Notes under the pieces: model-generated
The model's database searches: none
Told to the model about the DNA's origin: nothing
Seen by the model: the letters and a program-made list of their open reading frames with translations, nothing else
Translations under genes and position numbers: made by a program
Source: Squalus acanthias
Lineage: Eukaryota
NCBI GenBank assembly: GCA_030390025.1
Contig: CM059433.1
Location: 27,406,001 to 27,470,000, forward strand
Direction: 5' to 3'
DNA: 64,000 nt
Part shown: positions 11,498-24,700 of the stretch, one piece after another
Layout: each line of letters opens with the position of its first letter
How positions within the stretch are numbered: position 1 is the first letter of the stretch

Positions 11498-11880
11498 TGA
11501 TGGAGAATTATTAGCTAAACTAGGATTGATAGAACGTGGTGTGTTAAGGAATTGTTGCTATGCCAGGTGTTAGGATATTGCGCAATAGGAGAAGTGCCAT
11601 AAAAGGAGTTACGCCCTTCGCCCAATTAGGACGCGACCGCTGCACCAGGGGACCAATCACAGCATGACAACTCAGAGTACCTGATGTTGCTAAACCAATG
11701 ATATGTGAACTGTATAGAAAACACTATATTCGAAACTGAATTTTTGTTAGTTCGTTGATGACTGCCACCATGACTGACGTATTGTAATAAAGTTTACCTG
11801 AAGTTACCACCGGACTCAGAATCTTATTTGTAAGCATCGACCTGGTGTATCACTTGGTCCGCAGAAACAATGAGGTCTTA
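11498..11880 (+). repeat. 3' LTR (383 bp; lacks terminal CA; single copy of the 51-bp unit)
   Basis: Matches the 5' LTR with 3 substitutions counted by eye; ends ...gaggtctta. Confidence 0.95.
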
Positions 11881-11968
11881 GTGATTTCTATACTTGGACC
11901 CCTAAATGTCTCTGCTCATACACAGTTTCAAGCTTCTCGCCATTTAGAAAATACTCTGATCTATGGTT
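11881..11968 (+). repeat. 88-bp direct duplication of 2909-2996
   Basis: Identical sequence gtgatttctatac...gatctatggtt on both sides of the provirus. Confidence 0.95.
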
Positions 11969-12239
11969 CTTAGGTCCAAAGTGGCTACCTCACATTTTCA
12001 TCCAATGCACTACCCCATACCATGGATCACAATCCCAATCATCAAACCAAGTACAGAGCAGAAATGTCAAAACTCCCCATTGAGCACAAATAAGGGACTC
12101 AGGATAGCCATCCTAACACCCACGCTGAGCTTAAAAGGCAAGCTTGTACCAAAACCTTCTCCCCTCATTCAACCAACCGAGCAGCAAACCAACATTCCAG
12201 GCAGCACGCCAGAAGGCTGTAGGAGGAAATAGCACAAGC

Positions 12240-13974
12240 TGTCAGTGCCACGAGTTTTGTCCTCAGGACCTGGATCCAGTGTCGCAAGAAGTTTAATGAC
12301 CTCACAAGAGTGGTCAAGGTGAGTGAATGCATTTTCAAATGCTATATCGCACCAACTGCACCACTAGCCTCACATATTGTTCAATGCACCACACCCCCAT
12401 CACTCACCTACCAACAACCTCTAGCAGTCACAACTCATACCTCACAATCGTAGCTTCACCTCACCCTCACACACTTACCACTGCTGCAAGCTTCACACCC
12501 ACATCTCACACCTTGCACACACTGCCAGCTATTCAACCACGGCAGGCACATAACCAAAACTCATTGTACCACACTCACTGACACACTTCCCGTTCTCTTG
12601 CAGGCAAAGGTGGCACACAACCGCCGTGAGCAGCAGCAGATGGGGGGAACTGAAGCCCAACTTCAGAACCTGACGGAGTTGGAGATAATTGGAGGGGCTG
12701 TCACTGAGGCCGTGGCGAGCAGAGAGGTTGAAAGCATTGCTGATGATGACAGTATGCTCATACCTAATCCTTCTTCTCACATCCCATTTCCCCCTCATCC
12801 CACAATCTCTTCTCACTTACAAGCTGCTGATGGTGTAACCATGCACATCTAGCTTTCCCACCCCCTTCCCCTCACCACAACCCGACCCTTGTGCCTTTGT
12901 CCTTTCAAATACCCAAGAACTGCTACCAGCACAGCCTGTCCCCAATGTTATGGAGGAGGAGAAGGAGAAGAGGCACCGTCACTCGATCTGACACTCCCAG
13001 GCATCAGCTCAGAAAATGGCACTGCACGGACTTTAGAGGGTAGTATAGAGGCGGGATCTGCATGTGGTGAGTCGCCGGGCACGAGTGGGCTGCAGCCAGA
13101 TCACGGGAAAAGGTAGCTCAGGCGTCAGCTCCCCGGAGGGCGAGTTCGCACCGAGTTATGCTGCACAGGGCTAGATGACAACTTTGATGGGACGGCCTTC
13201 ATCAGAAGGGTGATGGGCATGCACACAGAAATGCTTGGTGCAATGACAAGCCTGCCAGAGAGCCTCTTGTTAGTGTCAAAGAGCATGGAGGAGTGCGGCT
13301 CCAACATTGCACGGAGCTTGGAGCCCATGATTTTCAGGATGGAAATGATGGGAAACTCCATTAGGACACTTGTGGACCCAACCATGATGCTGGGTGTGAT
13401 GGGCGATCTTGCTGCTTTCATTGCAGCAGAAGCGGAAGCAACCCAATGTCTGAGTGCTGCAGTGGAAGCTCAGATTGCTTTTCTGCAGTCTCAGCTTGCT
13501 GCCACGCAAGATCAGACTGCTGCCATCGTGGCTGGGTTTACGAGTCTGGAAAGGGCCTTGCAGGGCCTCACAGCAGTCCAGCAATCTGTCCTCCAACAGA
13601 TGGCTAGGAATGCTGAGGCGCCACCCTAGGAGAGTGACAGTGGCTCCATGGAGCAAGAACCTGCTGTCCTCTTTCAGGATGACAGCATTCCTACTCCCAC
13701 CGCTGCCACACCGCCAGTGCCCTTGCTGCTGCCTGTCAGCCAGCCAGCCCAGACTGCTGCCGTCCATGCCGAGGTGGTGCAGTCTACAGCCGGGCCTTCT
13801 AGGCTCATAGCTGCTCGAAGTCATCCAGCAAGGCCGTCTGCAGTCTCACCCACGGAAAGTCAGCAGCCTTCCACCAGCCATGCTGCAGCTACTGGGGTAG
13901 CACTACGTAGGAGCACTAGAGTAGGCAAAGGAACACGAAAGACAGACACTAAGGGAATGCACAAGGGTGATTAG
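12240..13974 (+). pseudogene. Harbinger Myb/SANT accessory gene (spliced, degenerate)
   Basis: RTWIQCRKKFNDLTRVVK|gtgagt exon, acceptor near 12603, coiled-coil/low-complexity 3' exon ending KGMHKGD, as in the other copies. Confidence 0.75.
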
Positions 13975-14199
13975 TTGACGTTGTTATGCAGTTTGGCCTT
14001 GATAAATTTATAAATTATGTTTGGAATGTTTGTTTTGTGGTGGCTCTCATTTTTGCTTTGCGTCCAAGAGGACACTGTGATGTTCTGTGACAGAGGGATG
14101 GTAAGGTGGGGAAATGCTGAGCAACGGGAATCCTGTGTTTCATTCAGACGAACTGGATTCTGATGAGGTGCTCATGCACAGGGATCTGCTGCCTGCCTC

Positions 14200-15200
14200 C
14201 TCCCTTCCACCTCCTCCTCCTCTTCCTCCTCCTAAGATGGTCCCGGAACCCGAGGTGGCAAAGGCTGCACCCTCATGATGGCCAAGTTGTGGAGGATGCT
14301 GCAGACCACCACGAAATGGGACACCCGCTCCAGCGTGTACAGGAGGGTTCCTCCTGAGCGATCAATGCAAAGGAACTGTTGTTTCAGAACCCCAATGGTC
14401 TGCTTGATGAGGTTATTCATGGCAGCATAGCTCTCATTATATGAGTGCTGGCCATGAGTGGTGGAGTTGCGGAGGGAAGTCATCAGCCAGGTGTAGAGTG
14501 GATAGCCCTGGTCTCCGAGCAGCTACCCTTGGGTTTGACGTGGTGGCCGTAAAATTGCTGGCACACTGGACTGGCAAAGAATGAAAGCATATCTGCCAGG
14601 ATACCAGGCATTCACCATCATGATATGCTGGGCGTGGTCACACACCAACTGCACATTAAGTGAGTGGTAGCCTTTGCGGTTGCAGTACATGGGATTGATA
14701 TGCGGTGCCTGCAAAGACACGTGTGTGCAGTCGATGCACCATGGAGAAGCCCGATATTCTGGCAAAGCCACATGTGTGCTCCTCCTGCTTCTCTCTGTTT
14801 AGAGAGAAGTCAATGAAGTCCCTTCACCTGGAGTATAGAGCCTTTGTGACGTCCTGGATGCAGCGATGGATGGGAGATGTTAGCTATGTCTCCTGCTCCA
14901 GACTGGAAGGATCCAGTGGTGAAATAATGGTCACCTTGAGGACAACTGGCAGCGCCGTCGTCGCCCTGCTCTGAGGCTGTAGGTCTGGTTCTAGGAGGTG
15001 GCAGAGTTCTGTGACCACCTCCTTGTTGAAACGGAGCCTCCTAATACACTGCTCATGGCTTAAGTGTAAGTAGAAGTGCTCCCTGAAGAACCTGGGTGGA
15101 TAAGGCCTCCTGCTGAGGGCCCTCCTGCCCCTCCTCCTCCTCTCTCTGCGAGCAGCCTGTCCTCTTCTTCACTGCCTGTGCTCCATCTCTCTTTCATACT
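14200..15200 (-). pseudogene. Harbinger (HARBI1-like DDE) transposase, frameshifted
   Basis: Motifs IDCTHV, NRKGYHSLNVQLVCD, TIGVLKQ and CSILHN. Confidence 0.85.
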
Positions 15201-16529
15201 CGAGCGTGAGGGGTACTGCAAAATGATGTGAGCAGAACCCTTTAAATCAGAAGTAAGGCGTTCTCCACTTGCAGCAACACTCCCGGTCACCTCACAACTT
15301 TAAATAACTAGAAGGCTCCAAACGGTTGCACAAACCTACACGGGGTCAGTACATATCAAAAAGCAAGTCAGCTGCAAGTTGTTGCTGATCCCTTTAAATA
15401 GCGCTGATGGGGGGTCCTTCCTGCTGCTGAACACATGGTCAGCTGGTCGTGATTTGGAAGGGCGTTGAATGGAGCAGCAACGTCCAAAATGGCAGGTCTT
15501 TGCCTCATCTGCCTTATTATCATTTCTCTAGCGAGCGCAGGCAATGGCCGCGTTGCCGACCTGCCCAAAATGGTGGCTGCCACGGGACCCACTGAGCGGA
15601 AGCAAGGCGGCCGACATTTTTCCTCCAAAACTGGCCTGATCAGCCGGCGCTAAGGTGCTGAATTTCACGGGCATTGAGCTTCCCCACCCCACACTTGACC
15701 TCAAATTTCATCCAATAAACACAGATACGTGGAAGGAACCCTGTAAAACTGTACTTGCCACCCTCTCCACACTGAGCAGAAAATTAGTGATTCCCCCACA
15801 CTGAGCATTACAGGTGATTGGCACTCAGCCCCCACCCCCTCGGCCAAGCAAAACCCCCTTCCTACACTGACCATTAATTTAGTAATCAAACACCTTACCT
15901 GACCACATCTTCCCGCCTCCCTGCCACAAGATGATCAGAACCCACACTCCTCAGCTGTACAAATCCTCCCCTCCACTAAGCATTGTTTTGGTGACCAGAA
16001 CACAGTTTCCTCACCTCAGCATACTTCCTTCCCCATCCAACTAAGCATCACTTGGCTGATTGGAGCCAACTTCCATGTTCTTCTTTCCCCATCCTCCTCA
16101 GCTTTAACTCTCCCCCTCTATTCTCTCCTACTCTGCCCTCCCTTCTCTCCCCTTCCCTTGTTTCTTCCTTCCACTCCCTCATTTCTCTCTCTACCCCATC
16201 AACACTTCCACCACCTGCCTCTCGCAAATGCTCCCCTCTGCCTTGCCATTCCTCCACCCAGCCATCTGTCTCTTTCACTCTGCCTCTTTCTTCATCAAAT
16301 TCAATTATCCCCTGCCTTGTAACTCTGCTTTACTTAAAATACTGCACTTGGTCTTGACTTTCCATGTGCAACACCATGGAAGATGGATTAGTTACTATGG
16401 GGGAGAATTTCCACAGGATGATCCCTGTCTCCCACTGTAACTTCAGTGGAAAACCTAAAGAAACAGTGCAAAAGGATGAGAATTCCTCAGAAATTCCAGG
16501 TGCAAAATGTAATCTTGATTACATTTATG

Positions 16530-16806
16530 TATCCTGTACGAGGACACCTAGATCTCTCTGAACACCAACATTTAATAGTTTCTAACCATTTAAAAAATAT
16601 TCTGTTTTCCTATTCTTCCTACCAAAGTGAATAACCACACATTTCCCCACATTATACTCCATCTGCCACCTTATTGACCACTCACTTAACCTGTCTACAT
16701 CCCTTTGTAGGCTCTCTGTGTCCTTCTCACAGCTTACTTTCCCATCTAGCTTTGTATCGTCAGCAAACTTGGATACATTACATTCGGTCCCTTTATCTAA
16801 GTCATC
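16530..16806 (-). mobile_element. CR1 LINE RT fragment
   Basis: SKFADDTKL...WQMEYNVGKC. Confidence 0.8.
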
Positions 16807-18199
16807 CAAAATGGTTAATCCTTGTATACAGAGAAATCTTAAGACACAGAAAAAGGATTTATGCATCCTGGTATCATCAGATATTTCCAATTAAAACTGG
16901 TGCCAGCTTTAACTTGGGTCTGAGCAAAAATACAAATGTGTGATGATCCTTTAACAGAAAAGAGCAATGCCCAAGAAGAGCCTGGAGCAATCTCAATGTC
17001 AGAAAGGGTGTCTCTCTGATTTGCATTAGATGCTAGGAAAATGGAAAGGAATATACCTAATTTGGGGTCCTGTCCTTCATTAAACTAATTAAAACCTAGC
17101 CATTACAGTTTCTGATTTATGTGTCTATTTGAAGGACACCTTGGAAAAGGACCTATGTGGCTAAATTGTGCATAATGGTAAGTCCCTAAAGATGAGGTCC
17201 CTAAGTGTGATACCCTTGATGGATTTAAGTATTAAAGACCATACTTTGCCCATCAAAAATTAGAAACTGTTCAGGAATAATAAAAAGTTAAAGGAAGTGA
17301 TAAAGAGCTTTGGAAATATTACTTCAAAAGCTTCGAAACTGTTAATATTGAAAGTCGGATGGTTAAGAAAGGTTATTTAGAACAAAGGTAAACTGCAAGG
17401 TGTGTCACGAGTGTAGTTTAATAGCTTATGTTTCCAAGCACAAAGAAATAAAAATGTAGCATAACAATACAGAAAACTAATGTGCATGCAAGATTAATCA
17501 AGCTAAGATGAGAAGGCGAGTGACGAGGTAAGGCAAGTACCATGCAATAACATAATGCAGACGTCCCAATAGGTGAGGCCTGAGCAACTCAGAGGAAGGC
17601 AGTACTGTCAACACCACAACAGTCAACCTATTACAAATAAAGAGGTTGTATGGGTTATGTTCATGTCACAGATGGGCCAGCCTTAATATTGGAAACTTAT
17701 CAGTAATACATTAATTGCAGACTGTAAACTTAACCTTGTTAAAATAATGAAGTCTTGAACATTGAACTGTTATTAAGCAAAACACAGCTAATGTTGACAT
17801 ATTATGATACACTTGAATTATTACTGTGTTTATGATGATTTAAACTCTGTCTATTAATAGCAACTATCCAATTACTTTTGTAATTCTCAACACTTAACCT
17901 TGTGATTATATTAATTGTGCCAGCATAGATGTTGTTAAGTAGTGTTAGTTGATGCATCTCTGTGTCTGGCTTCAACTTTGATGACTCTGCAAGTAGAATT
18001 TAATTACACTTCACTCAGTGCTGTACTGTACTCCTGTTGTGATAGAATTGGCTTAGGTAGCTAACAATATAATTTGGTCTGATTATGTGGGACAGTCCAA
18101 AGGTGAGATAATTTAAGATAATCTAATAAACTTTAAACATGAACAGTGGATCCCAATCCAACCTTCTGATGTGTACATGCTACAAAAATGGGAAAAGAT

Positions 18200-18685
18200 T
18201 AATCTGAGACTCTGGCTGAGATAGATCACATATTGGAATTCTGGAGAGAATATTTCTTATATGTTACACCAAATTTAATTCAAGCATAGGACTAAGTTAG
18301 ATGTCAGGAGGTTTTACTTTACACAAAGGGTTGTCGACACTTGTAACAAGTTATCAGCTCATGTGGTGAATGCAGACGCAACAACAATTGTAATAGTTCA
18401 AAAAAGATCTGGACAATTTCCTTGCTGTGGCTAATATCACTGCAGACAAAAGGTAGGTGGGACATTGGGTCACAGTGATCTCCTGGAACTCGTTTTGATC
18501 GCCTTCAGGGGTCGGGAAGAATTTTCCAGATTTTTTCCCTGAATTAGCCTACGTTTTTTTTTACCTCTCCTATGACTATAAGTGGAAGGGTACACTGGGA
18601 GTCATGATGCTTAGTTGCATTATGACTCTTTGAGACAGACTTGATGGATCAGCCGGTTTTTTCCTGCCCGCTTTTTCATATGTTT
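18200..18685 (+). mobile_element. Old CR1-like 3' fragment
   Basis: Degenerate FTQRVV..W motif and a LINE-type 3' tail. Confidence 0.5.
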
Positions 18686-18856
18686 AGCATTCATCTATTC
18701 AACATTAAAATGGATGCACGTCAAGATGAGGTAATGAGGTTCGCAATACAGCAATAAGATCTGATCACAGGTACAACAATTAAGTAGATAACCTCAAACA
18801 GGATCCAGTTCATTTCCTTTTGTAGAACATAAAATCACGTAACAGAAGAGGCAGTA

Positions 18857-19178
18857 TTATTTTGGGAGTGTGTTCACAATTGACGAGATTTTTTTAATTC
18901 TTGGAAGCCCTTTCTCAACATTTCTGGACCCAACGATTTGTGCTATTTGATACTGATAAAAATTACAGATATTTGAAACCAAAATTTTACTGAATAACAA
19001 TACTCCAAAAAGGAAAGTCATCATTAGACAAGCAGTCTGGGCACCTGGGTGATAAGAGTGTGCTTGAACACCATTTCTTCCCTTGATTCTAACTGGATTC
19101 AAATCCAGGGAAGACAGAAATGTTCTTAAAGGGGCAGTGTCAGCCCAATAAAATGATTCCCATGTCATTTTCCCAGAT
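18857..19178 (-). CDS. Probable terminal coding exon of an unidentified host gene (C-terminal hydrophobic segment)
   Basis: Acceptor ttctttcatttacag|A, phase 2 matching the upstream exon; open for 106 codons to TAA; hydrophobic stretch ACLMMTFLFGVLLFSKILV. Confidence 0.55.
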
Positions 19179-19809
19179 CTGTAAATGAAAGAATTAAGTT
19201 TGATTATGTATTTTCTGTACATAGTCCAAAGATGTTCTAATTTATATAAAATTTAACGATTCACTTAAAAATGGGAATACACACATCCAAGTAGCTTACA
19301 ACAATGCACATGTAGCATCTACTGCACCACAAATTTCCCAGGCTGCCAATAAAGTAGTTCTGAAGCATTTTCATTGAATTAAACAGCCCAAAAATCCCCA
19401 ATGACATGACACTGCCGCTTTAAATAAATTTATTTTTGAGCTTGATCCAGTTTCCAGAGTCAAAGAAACAGGTGTGTAATTTACAACACAAAATAAGGAG
19501 ACAATTGTTCAGCACGTCAGAGAACTTTGTGGGAGATGAAACTTCATCTATTTAAGTGTTCTATAGTGTGATGGTGTCATCAGCATCCCAAAAGAAAATT
19601 TAATCTGACTACCTTTTCAGCGACAAAGCCAGTTTCTCCCCCCCCCCTCCCCAACTCTCCTGAAAGTACTAAACTCTACTGGGTACAGTTTCATAGTTGC
19701 CTGGCATCCTCTGTGTGGCATTCTGTCTTTGTTAAGGTTATTGAATGGAATTAACAGTACATGTGGGGTTAATTATGGTTTCAGAGGGTTGTTTCTACAA
19801 CATAGCCAA

Positions 19810-20075
19810 AAATGTGTGGGTTAGGTTGATTTGGCTATGATAAATTGACCCTTAGTGTTAGGGGGGATTTGGGTTTGGGATAGGATGGGATATGTTAGGG
19901 GAATTAAATTCGTGGAGTTACGGGGTAGGGTGGGATATGTGTACTGTGGGGATTAAAGCAGGGACAGGGTACTGGATTTGGATGATCAGCCATGATCGCT
20001 ATGAAGTGGCGGAGCAGGCTCGACGGGCCGAATGGCCTACTCCTGCTCCTAGATTCTATGTTTCTATGTTTCTAT
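19810..20075 (+). mobile_element. 5'-truncated HE1-like SINE
   Basis: Matches the reverse complement of the 10978-11420 SINE, including the (TTCTATGT)n tail. Confidence 0.75.
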
Positions 20076-20907
20076 AGAAAATACACATTTCATTCAGACA
20101 AGCGAAGCAAACAATGACATTTAATGCACTAATGTGGACTGATTGCAGAAATAAATATTTGAGTTGCACTTATTGTATGATAGCTTTGAAAGCTGAGTAG
20201 ACAATATGTTAATTGCTAGCCACCACATTTATTCAAAATACTTGGTCCAGATCTTGAGACAGCTCAGTTCTAATTATCTGAAACTGATCATAGCATCAAG
20301 CATCCTATGAGGGTAGTTTTGATTGATAAATCTATGGCCAAAAGCCTCCAATTGGGAGCTTATCCGACGTCGCCTCAGCCCAGAAGTCATTCCACAACCT
20401 ATGCCAGTTTGATTGCATGGCAGTGTTTTACTACATAAGAAATGAGAAACCATCTCCAAGGATCTAATTATGCTAAAAGATAGCTCAAGGTAGCATTTTA
20501 GGAGTAGAAATTCTGCTGCACCATGTCAGGGGTGCATACTGTGAAATTACACACTTCCAGTTGTGATTGTGGTAAGTGATGCATTCTAGTAAGCCGGAAT
20601 AATGTAGCAAGGGGTCTCTATTTGATCTCAGAGACTCAGTATTGTCTACCTAAATATTGGGCAGATAAAGTCACATTCTGGTTTGTAGGGGGCACAAAGT
20701 CCACTTACAGGAGTAGTCTGTAGCCACTGTACTCCGGCTTACTGGAATGTATCATGTGCCACGTCTATGGCAGGCGGACTGAATACAGACCCTATCAGAC
20801 CAAGTTCAGGCTATAATCCAATTATTTAAAATAAAGCAAGCAATTCACTACTATTCAGTACAAATCTGTATATTTACACTAATTTACAAACTTAGCTATG
20901 CTTCACT

Positions 20908-20912
20908 ATATC

Positions 20913-20944
<32 letters not shown>
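20908..20944. repeat. (TA)n microsatellite
   Basis: Directly visible. Confidence 0.9.
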
Positions 20945-21109
20945 ATCAAAACAAAGGGATCCTAAAACTCAAAAAGTAACACTACTGTACTTTCCTCAAA
21001 AAAGTATTTTTTTTGTGTGGATCCAGACAGTGCATTTTAGCAGGCTACTCAACCAAAGTGGACATCACAGCCAACCCTGATCCTGCCCTCGCAATAAGTT
21101 CACACTCAC

Positions 21110-21465
21110 GTAGTTTTCAGCAAGGTGCACTGGATATGAATCTGAAGTAGGAACTCATACGATTCAGGATTTTTTGACCTATTTTCCCAGAAAGGATTTG
21201 GGAAAGAGCTATGTTCACACAGGTTTAAAAATCCACCTGGGAGCAGCTGAATCAAAGTGGGGATTGATGTGTTAATGAACCAACTATCCTTACTATTTTC
21301 CACAATGATCGGGGCATTAAGTAATTCATTGTCTTGATTTAAACTACAAATAGACCATCCATTCAAGGCAGTACTCTTCGGTACCCAACTGGGGGTGTTA
21401 TCTGCTGAGAATATGCTCTTGGGAAGGAGGCAGTAAGTTTGGTCGGCGGGCATATTGGCAAATCC
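21110..21465 (-). CDS. Probable internal coding exon (356 bp) of an unidentified host gene
   Basis: Acceptor ctgacttcttcctgttcag|G, donor AC|GTGAGT, frame open across the exon (GFANMPADQTYC...CTLLKT), phase 0 to 2. Confidence 0.65.
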
Positions 21466-22112
21466 CTGAACAGGAAGAAGTCAGGGGACAGCTCTCCCAC
21501 TTCCTGGGAATGGAAGGAAAAACAGGGTAAAGGGACACATGTAAAATCATTCAGTCTGGTTTGGTCTAGGAAGGGAGCCCGGCCTGGAAAGGAAATATGT
21601 CCTCATTTTAAGCTTAGAGCAGGTTAGAATCAGAAATGTGACCAGAAAAGTTAAGTGAGCTCACTAATGTGAGAAAGCGTATTTGTTTCTTTTCCAATTC
21701 ATGAGAATCGGTTTGAAGTTAAGTGAAGTAAGTGAGTTTTGATTATAACTGCCATTTTATATATTCACTTGCTGTCTGTAAAATAAAGCAGTTTACCAAT
21801 TACTATCTGGCCCCTTTTCAGTTTGCCTACAGAAAGATTGAAGAAGTGCATGGAGAAGTGGATCGCTACTGTCACAATGGTGAGATCAACTAACCTAACA
21901 TTTTGGAGCAACAAAGGTTTAATCACATTATCAGTGCATTTTTGATAGGCTCACCTCAAACTTTGGGCAACTGCCAATCCCAGAAAAGGTTTTGTTACCC
22001 ATTACAAACCTCTGGGAAACAGGATAAGATTCATGGGCTCATCAGCAAGACATCCAATTCACTTTTCACTTGAGGTTATATCCTGGGGAATGTAGTTCAC
22101 CAACAAGCCACG

Positions 22113-24551
22113 TTAAAGCTCAGATGTTGCAAATGACAACACCTCCTTGCTCAAAAATTCCTGCAAGTCCACATTGGGATCATTGAGGTCCAACTGAAGA
22201 AACTTATCCACCAATGCCTTGTACTCTTCAAATTGGTTTGCTTTTGAAGGACAGTCAACACGACGAATAACTTCTCCTCTGCGGTACAGCTCAGAAACCT
22301 GTACCCCTCGCTGCACCACCTGTGGTGGCATCCCAGCCAGTATAGCTATATTGGCAGTATGGCTGTCAGTCGACACACCCTCCTTCAACTGGTAGAAAAA
22401 CACTAGCTCCTCTCCATCCTGGATGGTCTCCAGCGTTAGGTAACGCATAAGAGTACTAGTAGGAAGGAGGTTAAGCTGGACCAAACTGTGAAAGTTGGTC
22501 GATACAAAGATATGGGGGCATTTCACATCTTGCTGCGCCCAGTGTCTCAAAACAGCTGCAAGAAGGGACAAGCCATCCACACTGTTGGTTCCTTTTCCAA
22601 ATTCATCAATTAGCACCAGGGATCTCTCTGTAGCATTGTTAACTGCAGCTGCCACCTGGTTCAAGTCTATGATGAAGGTGGAGAGTCCCACAGACACAGA
22701 TTCACGGCTTTGGATCCTCGTGTAAATGCCATCTATTAGACCAATATCTGCCTCTGTGGCAGGGACGTAACTACCTATCAGTGCCATGAACACTATTAGC
22801 CCAACCTCCTTGAGATATACACTTTTCCCACTGGAATTTGGACCAGTGAGGACTCGAATCTTTCCATGTTCCTCACCGCTGCTGATGGGGTTTGAAACAA
22901 ATGTTCTTGTGCACAGTTCCATTAGAGGATGTCTTCCATCTTTGATGCTGACTATATTCTTGCTGGTTAGTCTTGGTCTTGTGTAGGTGTTCTCTCGGGC
23001 TACAACAGCCATGGCAATTAGGCAGTCCAACTGGGCTGCATACTCCATCACATCATAAAGGACGGCAGTCTTCTCTAAAATCTTTGCCTGCAACTGGTAC
23101 ATGACAGCTGTCTCAAGGTCCCGGATTTCACAGTGCAAGTCTCCCAACAGTGTATCAAGCTCCTTGGTCCTAGCACTTCTATAATGAAGTCTACCTTCAG
23201 AGAGAAACATGAAATCCAGCCCTTCTATCTCAAAATCATTCTTGTCTACCATGCTTGGAAGACGTGGAATAGTTAGAAGAAATCCAATCAGTGGGATGTA
23301 GATAACACAGCATGAAGGAATCCTATTGTCCAATAATGTTAATTCATTCCTTGCTACTTCAGTTAAGAAATCCGACAGACCCATCAGTTTACGTTTTTTT
23401 TCATCGATGGCTGGGTCCACGTTTGGCTTAACTGTGAATCTGTTCTCCGCATTGCTACCTTCAAAATCCACCACTTTATTTATGAGACTGGCGATGTAAT
23501 GAAGATCATCTGTGAAAGTCTGAGAGATCTTCGCAAAGAGTTCCACAGACCTGGCCAGGGACCTGCAAGTGTCTCCAATGCACACAGCATTGTACACAGT
23601 CTTATAAAGACCTTGCCAGTCATTCACTTTGGTGTAGGACAGAGTCATCCTCTTCAGAATCATTGGGGCATTTTTGATGTGCTTCAAGCAGTCTTGAAGC
23701 GTCTGCACTATCTCGGTGTTTCTCGCCAGCATGAAAAACTGGATGACATCCAGCCGTTTGTTCAGCTCCTCTAGGTTCTTGGTCGGGCGCGTAAACCACA
23801 ACCTCATCAGCTTTGTGCCCCATTGAGATTTGCAGCGATTCATAACTCCGAACAAGCTGAGTCCCTCCTTCAGCCCCGATGCCAATTTGTACACAGACGG
23901 ATGCACTTCTGACTTGAAAATCTGCAACACGCAGAAAGCGTCCTGGTCAATATGCACGGTGTCGTTCAGTGCGAATTTCCTGAGGGCCAGGATGGGGACG
24001 CTTACGCTGGGATCTTCCAATTCCACCCCAATCCTCCTCCTCTCCAGAAATTTCAGCAGCCCCCCGAGTGCTCGCAGCATGGTGGTGCTCTCGAATGGTA
24101 TGACTGACGCCAGGTACATGATCCTTTCTGCTTCGCTCAGATGCGTGGGGATGAAGGGTAGGTGCACCGATAGCACCCGCTGCTTGCTGATATTGAGCCC
24201 GAAGTCCACGTTGGGAAAGAGCGCGATTTCTGGCTTCCCGTCCACGCCGTTGTTGGCGCTCCCCGCTGCCTTGAGGAAGTCCGCCATGTTGCGGTCTTGC
24301 TTGGCGCTGGTTAAGATGCACCGGGGCTGGAGCTCCTCGACCACTTTCCTCAGCAGCCGGAGATCTTGCGTGTCCGGGGCGTCCGGCATGATGTAGACGG
24401 TGCAGTCGTTTGCGCTGTAGTAAGCCAGCCCCAGCTGCCCGCCGTGCCACAAGACACTGGCGTACACCTCGGGCGGAGAGGAGACATCCGCATCGTCTTC
24501 CACGACGCTCACAGCTGCTAACTGCTGGGCCGGGGTAGCAGGATTGCTCAT
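22113..24551 (-). CDS. MSH5: MutS homolog 5, single-exon intact ORF (812 aa from the first ATG)
   Basis: Uninterrupted ORF with MSH5-typical motifs: [17 protein letters not shown], Walker [25 protein letters not shown], Walker [16 protein letters not shown]. No N-terminal mismatch-binding domain, as expected for MSH4/5. Confidence 0.95.
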   Translation of the reverse strand: MSNPATPAQQLAAVSVVEDDADVSSPPEVYASVLWHGGQLGLAYYSANDCTVYIMPDAPDTQDLRLLRKVVEELQPRCILTSAKQDRNMADFLKAAGSANNGVDGKPEIALFPNVDFGLNISKQRVLSVHLPFIPTHLSEAERIMYLASVIPFESTTMLRALGGLLKFLERRRIGVELEDPSVSVPILALRKFALNDTVHIDQDAFCVLQIFKSEVHPSVYKLASGLKEGLSLFGVMNRCKSQWGTKLMRLWFTRPTKNLEELNKRLDVIQFFMLARNTEIVQTLQDCLKHIKNAPMILKRMTLSYTKVNDWQGLYKTVYNAVCIGDTCRSLARSVELFAKISQTFTDDLHYIASLINKVVDFEGSNAENRFTVKPNVDPAIDEKKRKLMGLSDFLTEVARNELTLLDNRIPSCCVIYIPLIGFLLTIPRLPSMVDKNDFEIEGLDFMFLSEGRLHYRSARTKELDTLLGDLHCEIRDLETAVMYQLQAKILEKTAVLYDVMEYAAQLDCLIAMAVVARENTYTRPRLTSKNIVSIKDGRHPLMELCTRTFVSNPISSGEEHGKIRVLTGPNSSGKSVYLKEVGLIVFMALIGSYVPATEADIGLIDGIYTRIQSRESVSVGLSTFIIDLNQVAAAVNNATERSLVLIDEFGKGTNSVDGLSLLAAVLRHWAQQDVKCPHIFVSTNFHSLVQLNLLPTSTLMRYLTLETIQDGEELVFFYQLKEGVSTDSHTANIAILAGMPPQVVQRGVQVSELYRRGEVIRRVDCPSKANQFEEYKALVDKFLQLDLNDPNVDLQEFLSKEVLSFATSEL

Positions 24552-24599
24552 TGGGATTGGTAGACAGTCGCCATTCCCATTCTGATAACCCCCCGCCGC

Positions 24600-24700
24600 C
24601 ACTCAATCTTTTACACACTCTTCTCGACGGTTTCTTTTTATCCCGCCATTTTTGCGCCGCGTGCCATTCTCACCCCGCCGCCTTTTCCAACCGTCCCGAC
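24600..24700 (-). promoter_or_regulatory. Putative MSH5 core promoter/5' UTR in a CpG island
   Basis: AAAAATGGCGGGA on the minus strand (overlapping YY1- and E2F-type motifs) at ~24641-24653. High CpG density continues into the 5' CDS. Confidence 0.5.

Larger units (their letters stand above)
2997..11880 (+). mobile_element. Endogenous retrovirus provirus (LTR-gag-pro-pol-env-LTR), defective
   Basis: Paired near-identical LTRs, PBS, PPT, and gag zinc-knuckle, protease, RT, RNase H, integrase and env motifs in canonical order. Confidence 0.97.
12200..15672. mobile_element. PIF/Harbinger transposon (degenerate, left end missing)
   Basis: Plus-strand Myb/SANT gene remnants and convergent minus-strand transposase remnants; TIR-like end ctgaatttcacgggc. 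Confidence 0.85.

Noticed and set aside
17040..17400. Possible degenerate retroviral gag fragment
   Set aside because: Only vague similarity, multiple stops, and no LTR or PBS seen.
24552..24602. ORF-track N-terminal extension of MSH5
   Set aside because: Starts at GTG; the first in-frame ATG is at 24551.
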